From: Styela clava
Taxonomy: Eukaryota
DNA: 64,000 bases
Direction: 5' to 3'
Assembly (NCBI RefSeq): GCF_964204865.1
Contig: NC_135261.1
Location: 18,600,001-18,664,000, forward strand
Numbering within the stretch: the stretch's first letter is position 1; each line of letters begins with the position of its first letter. Of this stretch, positions 26,982 through 39,100 are shown piece after piece. The position numbers and the translations under genes were made by a program. Under the pieces are notes generated by a model. The model had not been told where the DNA came from and did not search any database. It saw nothing but the letters and a program-made list of their open reading frames with translations.

Positions 26982-27017
26982 TATAAATTAGATCACTTGT
27001 GCACACTTAGCATCAGT
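26982..27017 (+). promoter_or_regulatory. Core promoter of A2
   Basis: TATAAAT at 26982, TGCACAC at 27000, TCAGT at 27013. Confidence 0.7.
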
Positions 27018-27154
27018 TGGAGAACAGCGAAAAAGCGGTTAACCAATTCGTAAATCGTATTTTCAAAGAAATTTCTTTGTTGAACATTTGAAAAAAAACT
27101 CTGTTTATCGAATGTAATTTTGTGATAAACTCTAAAATCCAATATTCTGATGCA

Positions 27155-29970
27155 ATGAAGATACTGGTTGTTTTGTGTTGTTTCGTAGTTGCAGGTAAGA
27201 TAAATGTTTCAATAGGTTTTCATAATTAAACTATCAGTTTTAAATTTGATGAGCAATATCAAAAGTATCGCGACTATATAAATATTCAAATATTCCCATA
27301 ATTCAAACAATCAAAAGCTTACAACCTAAAAACTTCAATATTAGTGTCTTTTCAATCGTATTGAAACAACAGATAATTAAAGATTTTGAATTTTGTACAT
27401 GTCCAGCCGTGATGGCTGACAACATTTATGCTGCCCCTTGGATATTACAAACGAGTATATTGAATTTCGCATAAGGTAGAATCAACAGAAAATGTTAATG
27501 ATCATATTCTTCTCAGTATCTTCATATGGGGGAGAGAGGAGACAATATACTCAGTGGGGAAGCGGGAACAAAGGTATTTACTTTTTTGTTTTGTTCATTG
27601 ATAATTCAACATAAAAATTGATGCTTCTACATTAGTGATTTCTATACAAAATTTCTATCTGTTCAAAAACAACAATCATACTCTTTACATGGAATTGATA
27701 ACATGATAATGACACTGAATATATTTTTCAAAAGGTTACTTCGGACCACAATCATTCGGAGACGGCCTTAGACGAGGAACATACGTATTGAGAACAAGTA
27801 AACCAGTTTTGTTTATGCGTAAACGTCTACAAGAAAGAACAAAATCCGCACCAAAAATACCAATACCCTATCGACCAAGTCTGTTTAAACGTTCTCCTCC
27901 AGGCATTATGATAAAAAAACAGGATACACCTGAACCATTGTGGCAGCGAGCTCTAAAAATTCTCTCCAACATAAATAGCAACAAATACCGGCCCAGACTG
28001 GTTTTCCGGGGGATGATGATAAAAGTAGACTTGGACCACTTTGGCGCCGAGTGGATGTTGTTAGAAATCGACCGGGCCCATTCGGACGTCGAGGAGATGG
28101 AGGCAGACTAGGGCCTTTTAGGCGACAAGGAGATGGCGATGGTGTTAAACCTGGACCTTTTCAACGTAGAGAATATGGTGATAGAGATAGACTTGGACCT
28201 TTCGGGCGTAGAGGAGTTGTGAATAGACTTGGACCTTTCGGGCGTGGAGGAGATGGTGATGGAAATAGACCTGGACTTTTCGGGCGTAGAGGAGTTGTGA
28301 ATAGACTTGGACCTTTCGGGCGTGGAGGAGATGATGATGGAAATAGACCTAAACCTTTCGGGCGTAGAGGAGATAATGATGGAGATAGACCTCGACCTTT
28401 TTGGACCAGAGGTGATAATGGTAAAGATAGACCTAGACCTTTCGGACGTAGAGGAGATAATGACGGAGATAAACCTGGTCCTTTTTGGAGTAGAGGTGAT
28501 AATGATGAAGATCGACCTGGACTCTTCGGACGTCGAGGAGATAAGTATAGAAATAGACCTGGACCTTTCTGGCGTAGAGGATATAATGATAGAAATACAC
28601 CTGGACATTTCGAACGTCGAGTAGATAATGATGGAGATACCTCTGGACCTTTCTGGAGTAGAAAAAATATTGACGGAGACAGGCCTGAACGTTTTGGACG
28701 TCGAGGGGATGATGATGGAGGTAGTCCTAAACCTTTTTGGAGTAGAGGAGATAATGATGGAAATGGGCCTGGGACTTTCTGGAGTAGAAAAGATAATGAC
28801 GAAGACAGCCCTGAACCTTTTGGACGTCGAGAACATGGTGATGGTGATAGACCTAGACCTTTTTGGAGTATAAGAGATAAGGATGGAGATAGACCAGTAG
28901 TACCTTTTGGACGTGGAGGAGATAATGATATGGATAAACCTGGACCTTTCGGACGTCGAGAAGATGGAAATAGGCCAGGGCCTTTTAGACGCCGAAGAGA
29001 TGGCGATGAAGATAGACCTGGACCTTTCAGGCGTAGAGGAGATAGTGGTAGAGATAAACCTGAAAAATTCAACTTTGATGATAATTCCACAAAGTTTAAA
29101 GAATGCAATAAAAAATGTGAATCATTAGACGAATGTTTCGGCAAAAAAGACTTCGAAAAAATGATGATGATTGCTCCTAAACCTTGCAAGAAATGTGTGA
29201 TGAAAGAATGTGGATTCAAAATGAGTAAGTGTATATTTATTCTATAATTTTCTATTAGCAAAATGTCCAACTCAGATTTTATAAATAAACGAGGCGAAAC
29301 ATTGATTTTTACCAGATTTGAAATGCTTTTTCTGTTTTTTCACATGAAGCATATTATTGTTAATTCAATTTTTCGCGATCAAAATCTATTGATCTAAAAT
29401 TTACTGCTGTTTCATAAATTCAGATTGTGATAGGTTATATTCATTATCTTTTTTTTAGATCGTCAATGCTTTGTGGATTCCCATGCAACGTGCAGTGACA
29501 TCTGCCCGAAAATATCACCTGATAAAGTCAAGGATAAAATTTCCTCATGTGCATCATGTATCAATAAATGCGAAGCGGAAGGTATTTTTTTATATTTATT
29601 TCTTTTATCACCTGATGTTGCAATTGTCGAAGAAGCTTGACCCAAGATGAGAGATTTGAATCTTTTATAGAAATATGAAAGTTTAATCATTCAAGCCATC
29701 ATAACCAACCAAAACTACTCTAAATATGACATTATTTTAATTGGAACAACTTTTTATAAAGATGACAACCAGAAAACTAAGGATGACAGTGAAGGTTACG
29801 GAGAAATCGACACAAATGGAGTCGATGATGACGTGGAAAGCGAAGATCATGGCGATGCCCACGGTGATGGAGCTGAGGCAGACAACGATGATTGGCCAGA
29901 AAAGGAAGATGATAATGATGGGATAACCCCTGAGATGATTTTGTCGATATTCAATAAGTTGCTATCCTAA
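27155..29970 (+). pseudogene. Gene A2: paralog with frameshift in exon 3
   Basis: Exons 27155-27194, 27517-27573, 27735-29224, 29459-29581, 29762-29970. A 4-nt deletion near 27998 (AGACTGGTTTT vs A1 AGACCATTTGGTATT) shifts the frame to a stop at 28109-28111. Confidence 0.82.
28065..29062 (+). repeat. Coding 42-bp minisatellite in A2 exon 3, longer than in A1
   Basis: Same unit family as A1 with roughly eight additional units. Confidence 0.9.
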
Positions 29971-30695
29971 CTTTTTGTCAACAATTAAAATAAAAAATTA
30001 TATACCCTGGAATATACATTCTGGAATTTCTTTTGCGCCCAATTTGACTTATGTGCCTATTAGAAAATAGCTTATATAAATAAAATTTCGTTATGTTAGA
30101 GGTATTAAAAATGTACTGTTTGATAAATTAAACATTTAAATGTGTGAGTAATAAATTCATCAACTAAATAGAACTGTCGTAATATAATCCGCCTAATTCA
30201 AGGTCGCATGATGAAAATGAAAAGGTTAGAAGAGGGATAGCAGACTCGAAAAAGTTTCAAATAGACGCTTAGTATCAGTTAGATATGTACAAAATGTAGT
30301 TTTAGCAACATGTTTTGAGCCTTCAATTTGAGTTGTTTACGTTGACTGCTCAGAAAAATGTATTTCGCATTTCGTTATGTTTTCCATAGCCTTTTGTTCA
30401 GAGCAACAAATCGCCTTTCTTTTTATTCTCTTACACGAAGTATACGTATACATCGTTTGGGTATTATGACATTGTTGTTGTTAGAATTCTTTTTCTTGTT
30501 GTTCTTATGAAAAAAATGGTTTTCTATTTATTTACTAGACCAACTGCTTTAAAATTCATTTTCATTGCGTAAAAATTGGATTGGTCGTTAGCAGGCAATT
30601 ACCATTTTTTATTTTTTTTAAAAACTTTCTGGAGGCCCTATGGGATCATATCCATAAAATATAAATACGTCTCCAAGCCAATATCTCCTTTGGGG

Positions 30696-30925
30696 GCTCC
30701 CGAAGTATGCAAACCAAGATGGCGGACATCGGAATGTATTATGTGTACTAGGTTAGGGTTAGGCCATAATTTTAGGTATAAATACTACGGGAGGCTCTTG
30801 GCTAGTCTTCGAACTGATAATAGAACTAAAATAAGAGAAATTGAAATAAAATTATCGCCTAACCCTAACCTGTTACCCATGTTACGTTCCGATGTCCGCC
30901 ATCTTGGTTCGCCTACTTCGGGAGC
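30696..30925. mobile_element. Foldback MITE present only in duplication unit 2
   Basis: ~43-bp TIR GCTCCCGAAGTATGCAAACCAAGATGGCGGACATCGGAA / TTCCGATGTCCGCCATCTTGGTTCGCCTACTTCGGGAGC, inner inverted GGTTAGGGTTAGG/CCTAACCCTAACC; absent at the paralogous site ~13148. Confidence 0.85.
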
Positions 30926-31169
30926 GTAGCATTTAAGGACAAATAGTTTGTATTGCCACCTTAGCTGGGCGTGAAAGTTAGCAGGAAAATTTATGCTTAC
31001 CGTATACCCAGTTTTTGATAATCACATCACATAGTACACAGTTTTTTAGATCCTCGAATCAAAATTACGTTATTTTTGTGTTACAACCCTATCTTATGTA
31101 TTTATGTAATTGTGTCCCGATTAAAAGTAGTGTCGAATTATGCAAGATAATCGCTGGATTAGCCTTGTT

Positions 31170-31349
31170 CCGTGGGGAGAATCAGCCCGTATGTACCGGT
31201 TCTATAGAACCGTCTCACGGAATTTTTTGAGATCAGCGAACCGGTTAGCATTGCTGGTGATTGTCAATGACTTTTTGTAACAGAACCGGCTGAAAAAATA
31301 TGACTTTTGTGATAGAACCGGTTGACAAAAGATTTGAATCCCACCACTG
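31170..31349. mobile_element. hAT-type MITE (duplicate of 13403-13582)
   Basis: Near-identical to the unit-1 copy, so it was copied together with its flanks. Confidence 0.6.
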
Positions 31350-32639
31350 GCTTTGCTATACCCTGTAGTCGTGCGTTGAAACTCAATAATAGTGAAAAGA
31401 AGATGCTTTGGGGGAAATGACTAAACTGGTCGTCATAAGGCGGTTAGATCTGCTGCAATTTTTATTTGTTAGAAGTCGTCGCTAAAAAGGATCTAGATGA
31501 TTGGGATTCAAAACTAATTTGTGACTTACAAATAGTATACGCAACGAATATAGAATCGACATTCATATGTAGGTAGCAATCAAAACTGCATTGTCCAACG
31601 GTACTTTGGATCGTCAAATTGACTGTCCCAATCGAATTCCAAGTGTATTTGACGTTACACAGGATGTTTGTCAAATAAATTTCGAAACAAACTCAACATG
31701 CGAGCATGCAATTCCAAAATGTAAGCATTCAACAACTCCTTAAAAAATTAATTTTATGGCAGTCAAGTTGCACGCCTGCTTCGGGAACATATTTTCTAAG
31801 AAGCAAATCACCAAGCAGACCCCCCGAAGGTGTCCGAGTGGCCCGCGCGATCATATTTGAAGCCCGATGTCTTCCACAAATCTGAGCGACTATTGAAACC
31901 TCTTATTTCTCTCGTTCCTTCCTTAGGCAAGTAAACACTGTGTTTAATGTGCTCATATAAAATAGTATTACACTTTTTACATTTGATCTTCAAGGGTTTC
32001 ATACATAGCTGAAACAAGAATATACGGCCTATCGACAACTTTTATTAAGCACTACAGTCTATTTACTATCTAACTACATAAACGTTGTTTCTCCTAAATC
32101 CTAGAGTTTTCACCACTAACAAATAGAGATGAAATCGTTTTTGCAAACATTAAAAATGACAAATTCATGCCAGAGGGACGTGTTTGATAACTGAAGAAAT
32201 GATTCTACTTATTCCTTTGCGCTCAAAGAATTAGACTGAAAATAATTCGACCTACGAATCGTTATGATGTTTTCATGCTCTACTATCTATAAAATATATT
32301 CAATGTTATTATTATTTAGCCTGACGGTTGTGTATTGCACAATATGAACATTTTCCACACATGAGTTAAACAAAAACATATACGAAGTTATATGATGTTT
32401 TCATGACGTGTACTTGCTGATTATATAGATTCTAAAATTTAAGTCAATAAAAATGCGGATTACTTTTCCCACAACTATTCGGCGTGTTTGATTGTGTATG
32501 TGTATATAAAATAGCGCGCGTATTTGCATGTTTCCAGCCTGAATTTTTGCAATCTTTCGCGTGCACACGCTATGATGTTTACGATTGTTTATACTTTAAA
32601 ACGAAAAAATGAAAATCAATTTATCTATATACTACACCC

Positions 32640-35600
32640 AAATCCCATACCAGAAGTGCAAATTGAAGAAAGTCGGCAATTTAATTAATAAGCACCGTGC
32701 TATTTTGGTCCAACCATCACGTGAGTCGATGACGATTTGAACAGATTATGACGTTATAGAAAACGCGGGAGATTTGAATTCGTTTCCAGCATACGGGCGT
32801 ACTATCCGCAGTTTATTTATACCCTATCATGAGAGTGTCGTTTTAAAAACCAAAACAAGGATTCGAATAAATTGAAGCTAAAGATATTTTATTTATAGAT
32901 AGCTCTTTTCAATCAAATATTGTGGGTCTATTTTAGGACATTTTAGCGTGGGTTTTGGTGCAAATTTCTAACTAGCATTTCAACTATATATTTTTGGAGT
33001 GTATTTCTTATTGGTTAATTCAAACTTTCAAATTTCGTTTCGTGTATAATTTATTATGATTTCACACGAGATATCTATAGTGGACTTAATGGCAAGCGAA
33101 TACGACTATTGCTAAAATTAGTATAGTGACAGCGTTGTATTAATTAGTCGAATAAACGAAAGTCAACGCCATACTTATTTTTAAAATATGTTTTAACATT
33201 ACTAAGGTTATCACACACCATTTTCGATCACCTATACTCATTTCATCGATCCGACACCATTGCAGGTCTGCCATAAATTAGACAAACAACAGAATTGTTC
33301 GACTATACTGAGAAACCCCGACATCGTATTCAAGAGGTCATTGGTAACATATAATAAATGTAAACAAAAAGTGCGTGCATGTTATTTTTGTACACTCATT
33401 TACGGTTTTTATTTACGAAACTCTAGCAAACGTTATTGTATAAAGTTTACTAATTGGTTCCTTCAGTATGACTCCTAAACATTGCACGCAATGTTAACAA
33501 AATATTCTTATTGGTTAGTTTGATAACCCTCGAATATTCAATCACGACGAAATAACTTGAACTAATCTTGATTAGCTCGGAGACGCGTTTACAACTAAAT
33601 GGAACCATCTTGACGTCAAATAATATTTTATACCAGGTTTTAAATTTAAACACAATCTTATAGTCTGGGAAACGTATTTTTATAAATGAAAAAAAAAATA
33701 CATAAGTAAGTCGAGAATTTAAATATTGTGCACCGTGATATTTTAGATCAACACCAGTGAGTCGACGATGATATGAACGGATCATGAAGTAAATAAAAAC
33801 ATGGGAGATTTAAATTCGTTTGCAGCATACAGGCGTACGACCCTCAGTTTAATTTTGGCTTTTTATCAGAATTTCATTTTGAAAACCAAAACAAAGAGTC
33901 GAATCAATTAGGCTAAGGCTATTCTATTTATGGATAGTTATTTTCGATCAAATAGGTGGGTCTATTTTAAGACATATTACCGGCGTGTTTTTGTGAATAT
34001 TTCTGACTAGCATTTCAGCTATATATTTTTGGAGTGGTATAGTGACTATACTGAGAAACTCTGACACCGTATTCAGGGGGTCATTGATAAAATATAATAA
34101 TATAATAAAGGTAAACAAAAATGTACGTACATGTTATTTTTGTACACTTTTACGCTTTTCTTTGCGAAACTCTATCAAAAGTTATTTTTAAAAGTTCTCT
34201 GATTGGCTCTTTTGGGATGAGTAATTAACAAAATGGCGGTGCTTTATTTCAACATCTTTTTCTAAATATATCAGACAAACAGGATAAAAATTTCAATCCA
34301 TTAAATTTATTACTTAGTTTACAAAGCTAAATTTAGCCATTATTATTGGTTAGGTTGATAACCTTCGAATATTCAAACACAAAACAAGATAATTTGAGCT
34401 AATCTTGATCAGCTTGGAGATGTGTTTGAATATAGATCCATCTTGACGTCATGGAAATATTTAATATCAAGTTTCGAATGTAAACACAGCATCAAAACAA
34501 GAGTTGATTTACTACACTGGAATTCACTACCGAAACTGCATATTGAAGTAACTCGACAATTTAATTATGATGAACCCTCATATTTCGGTCCAAAATCACA
34601 TGAGTCGATGTCGATATGAGCAGCGGATCATGACGTAAATAAAAGCGCGGAAGATTTAAATTCGTTTGCAGCATACAGGCGTTCTACCCGTAGTTTAATT
34701 ATAGTTTATATCATAGTATAGTTTAAAAATCAAAACAAGAATGCGAAGTAATTAAAGTTATTCTATTCATAGATAGTTGTTTATAATCAAATGTGCTGTC
34801 TTATTTAAGACATATTAGTGGCGTATTAGTATCGGTGAATTTCTGTAGCTAGGATTTTAATGATCTAATTTTGGATTGATGTTTCCTATTGGTGAAATCA
34901 AACTTTAAATTTTTTTCCCTTGTATAGGATCGCTATAAAAGATATCAACGTTGTATTCATGAGTAAAATATTTATTTTAAAATAAAATGTATCATTACTA
35001 AGATTATCACACACCATTTTTAATAAGTATATCTGGTTATATATCATATGTACTGCAAATCATATTTACAGTCATGTATATTTCACCATCGTGATCGCAA
35101 AAAATGTGATTCGGATTTTTATATATGCATGCAAATTTAATTGTGACCACCAGGCCATGTAAAATGAACAAAACAAAAATGAATTACTAAGTACAAATGA
35201 AGCCAGGGTAAACACAAGTGAAATTTTGGATAAAATATCACCTTCGACGACCAAAAAACTATAAAAGCAATAGCAGTGTAGCGGCCTTTCCCATCTTCAA
35301 GAACGGGAAACCTGAAGTAATTAGGTAGACAAGAAAACGATTAATTTCACATAAAAGGTGACAAAAAATTTGATATTCATATTGGCTTCAAAAAACTGGG
35401 TGGACACTCATTTAAATTTATTGACCCGACACCATTGCCTTAAATCAGACAAACAACAGAATTTGTTCGACGCTATTGAGAAACCCTGACATTGTATTCA
35501 AAAAACATTCGTAAGATATAATAAAGTAAACAAAAAGTGCGTACATGCTATTTTGGTACACTCTGACGCTTTTCTTTACGAAACTCTAGCTAAAGTTATT

Positions 35601-35960
35601 TTAAAAAGTTTTCTCATTAGCTCTTTCATTATGACAATGCTCACAAAATGGCGACGCTATATCATTTCAATAACATTTTTCAAATATATCAGACAAATAA
35701 AATTTTAAACCGCTAAATGTACTACTTAGTTTAAATTTAGCTATTCTTTGTTATTGGTTAGTTTGATAACTCTCGAATATTCAAACACAAAACGAGATAA
35801 TTAAAGCTGACCTTGATGTAAATAGAACCATCCTGACGTCATCGTGATAACATTTAAGTTTTTCAACGTGAACACAAACTAATATAAATTCTACGAAATG
35901 TATTGATATAAATGAAAAAAAAAAATACATTTATTTTGGGCAACAAAACAAGTGTTGATT
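32640..35960 (+). repeat. Degenerate tandem array (3 units) upstream of gene B2
   Basis: Near-identical to 14830-18130; markers at ~32717, 33755 and 34597. Confidence 0.85.
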
Positions 35961-35963
35961 TAG

Positions 35964-35999
35964 TATAAATTAGGTCACTTGTGCACACTTGTCATCAGT
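35964..35999 (+). promoter_or_regulatory. Core promoter of B2
   Basis: TATAAAT at 35964, TGCACAC at 35982, TCAGT at 35995. Confidence 0.7.
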
Positions 36000-36129
36000 T
36001 GATAAACGACAGTGAAAAAGCGATTACTCAATTGTTAAATCGTATTTTTATTGATTTGCTCGGTTGAAAAAAAAAGTCGTTTGTCGACAGCTATTTGTGA
36101 TAAACTCAAAAATACAATATTCTGAAATA

Positions 36130-39100
36130 ATGAAGATACTGGCTGCTTTGTGCTGTTTCGTGGTCGTAGGTAAGATAAATTTTTAAATAAGTTATCATAT
36201 TGTTTTAAATATAATAAGCAAAATTCAAATTCAATAATTCAAAGAATCAAAAGCTCATTACTTAAAAAGTTTAGTATTAGTGTCATGCCTTTCCAATTTT
36301 AAAAAAAGAATCCTATTGAAAATGCAGTTGATTAAGGATTTTGAGTTTTGTACATGGCTAGTTCCAACAAGTATAATAGAAAACTTTAATATTTATCTTC
36401 TTCTCAGTATCTTCATATGGTGGAGAGAGGAGACAATATACTCAATTGGGAATAGGAAACAGAGGTATTTACTTTTGTGTTTTATTTGTCAAAAATAGTA
36501 ACGAAAGAAAAGGAATTCAACATAATAATTAATGCTTCTTTATCAGCGATTTCTGTAACCAAATTTCTATTTGTTCAAAAACAACAATCATATTCTTGAC
36601 GTGGAATTGATTACATGATAATGACGCTAAATATATTTGTTCAAAAGGTAACGTTGGACCAAAATCATTTGGATACGGCCTTAGACGAGAAGCATACGGA
36701 TGGAGAACAAGTAAACCAGTTTTGTTCATGCGTAAACGTCTACAAGAAAAAGCAAGATCCGCACCGAAAATACCAATCCCCTATCGACCAAATCTGTTTA
36801 AACGTTCTCCCCCAGGCATTATGATCAAAAAACAGGATAAACCAGAACCACTATGGCAGCGAGCTGTAAAAATTCTTTTCGGCATAAATAGCAACAAATA
36901 CCGGCCGAGACCATTTGGTATTCCGGGGAATGATGACAAAAGTAGACTTGGACCATTTTGGCGCCGAGTAGATGTTGATAGAAAACCCGGGCCATTTGGA
37001 CGTCGTGGAGGTGATGGCAGACTAGGGCCTTTTAGGCGACCAGGAGATGGCGATGGTGATAGACCTGGACCTCTTCGACGTAGAGAATATGGTGATAGAG
37101 ATAGACCTGGATCTTTCTGGCGTAGAGGAGATGGTGATAAAAATGGACCTGGACCTTCCGGGCGTAGAAGAGATGATGATGGAAATAGACCTGGACCTTT
37201 CGGTGGTAGGAGAGATGGTGATGGAAATAGACCTAAACCTTTCGGGCGTATAGGAGATGGTGATAGAAATAGACCTGGACCTTTCGGGCGTATAGGAGAT
37301 GGTGATGGAAATAGACCTGGACCTTTCGGGCGTATAGGAGATGGTGATAGAAATAGACCCCGACCTTTCGGTGATGGAAATAGACCTGGACCTTTCGGAC
37401 GTAGAGGAGATGGCGATGGAAATAGACCTGGACCTTTCGGTCGTAGAAGAGATGATGATAGAAATAGACCTGGACCTTTCGGGCGTAGAGGAGATGATGA
37501 TGGAAATAGACCTGGACCTTTCGGTCGTAGAGGAGATGGCGATGGAAATAGACCTGGACCTTTCGGTCGTAGAGGAGATGATGATGGAAATAGACCTGGA
37601 CCTTTCGGACGTAGAGGAGATGATGATGGAGATAGACCTGGACCTTTCGGTCGTAGAGGAGATGGCGATGGAAATAGACCTGAACCTTTCGGTCGTAGAG
37701 GAGATGGTGATGGAAATAGACCTGGACCTTTCGGTCGTAGAGGAGATGATGATGGAGATAGACCTGGACTTTTTGGGCGTAGAGGAGATAGTGATGAAAA
37801 TAGACCTGGACCTTTCGGTCGTAGAGGAGATGATGATGGAGATAGACCTGGACTTTTTGGGCGTAGAGGAGATGATGATAGAAATAGACCTGGACCTTTC
37901 GGACGTAGAGGAGATGATGATGGAGATAGACCTGGACCTTTCGGTCGTAGAGGAGATGGCGATGGAAATAGACCTGGACCTTTCGGTCGTAGAGGAGATG
38001 ATGATGGAAATAGACCTGGACCTTTCGGACGTAGAGGAGATGATGATGGAGATAGACCTGGACCTTTCGGTCGTAGAGGAGATGGCGATGGAAATAGACC
38101 TGGACCTTTCGGTCGTAGAGGAGATGGTGATGGAAATAGACCTGGACCTTTCGGTCGTAGAGGAGATGATGATGGAGATAGACCTGGACTTTTTGGGCGT
38201 AGAGGAGATGGTGATGAAAATAGACCTGGACCTTTCGGTCGTAGAGGAGATGATGATGGAGATAGACCTGGACTTTTTGGGCGTAGAGGAGATGGTGATG
38301 GAAATAGACCTGGACCTTTCGGTCGTAGAGGAAATGGTGATGGAAATAGACCTGGACCTTTTGGACGTAGAGAAGATGGTGCTAGACCTGGATCTTTTGG
38401 ACGTAGTGGAGATGGTGATGGAGGTAGACCTGGACCTTTTGGACGTAGTGAAGATGGTGATGGAGATAGAACTGGATCTTTTGGACGTAGAAGAAGTGGT
38501 GACAGAGATAGACCTGATATTTCCGGGCGTAGAGGATATGGTGATAGATATAGACCTGGACCTTTTAGGCCCAGAGGAGATGATGATGGAAAGAACTTTG
38601 GAAACATTATGATGAGAATTCTGAAAGTGATACATAAAACCTTCGGAAAAAAAGAAAATGATATAGAAACAAATAACAAAAAATGCAAAAAGCAATGTGA
38701 AGCAAAGGAAAAATGCTTTGGAAGAAAAGATTTTGAAAAAATGATGATGCTGTCGACCAAACATTGCAAAGCATGCATGATGAAAGAATGCCAATTTAAT
38801 ATGGGTATATATAATTTTTTATCACAAACTTGAATATTTTTATTTTTCAATACTATGCTAGAACTTCTTTTACTTTAAAGTCAAACTTAAATAATAAGTT
38901 AGAGAATACTTGTTTATTGAATATAAAACTCACCAGTAAGTTTCAAATAATCGGTTCCAATTTCGGTATGAATTCCGTAATGTTGTGTATTCCAAACAAA
39001 ATGTTAACAACGTTAATGTTCTATTTTTTCATATGTTCCAGATCGTAAATGTTTCATGGATGCTCACAAGAAATGTGACAACATTTGCCCAGTATTATCA

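Noticed and set aside
36975-38590. Assignment to collagen, bradykinin (RPPGF), RFamide precursors or direct SpTransformer orthology
   Set aside because: No Gly-X-Y triplets; the motif is RPGPF, not RPPGFSPFR or RF-G; there is no His-rich region and the exon and Cys structure differs from SpTransformer. The resemblance is compositional only.
36781-38850. Long antisense and +1-frame ORFs over the arrays (PKGPGLFPSPSPLR, SSTTERSRSISII, MMMEIDLDLSVVEE repeats), also in A1, B1 and A2
   Set aside because: Expected by-product of a 42-bp unit with no stop in several frames; no signal peptide, splice sites or promoter, and the +1 frame is broken by TAG wherever the GRI variant occurs.
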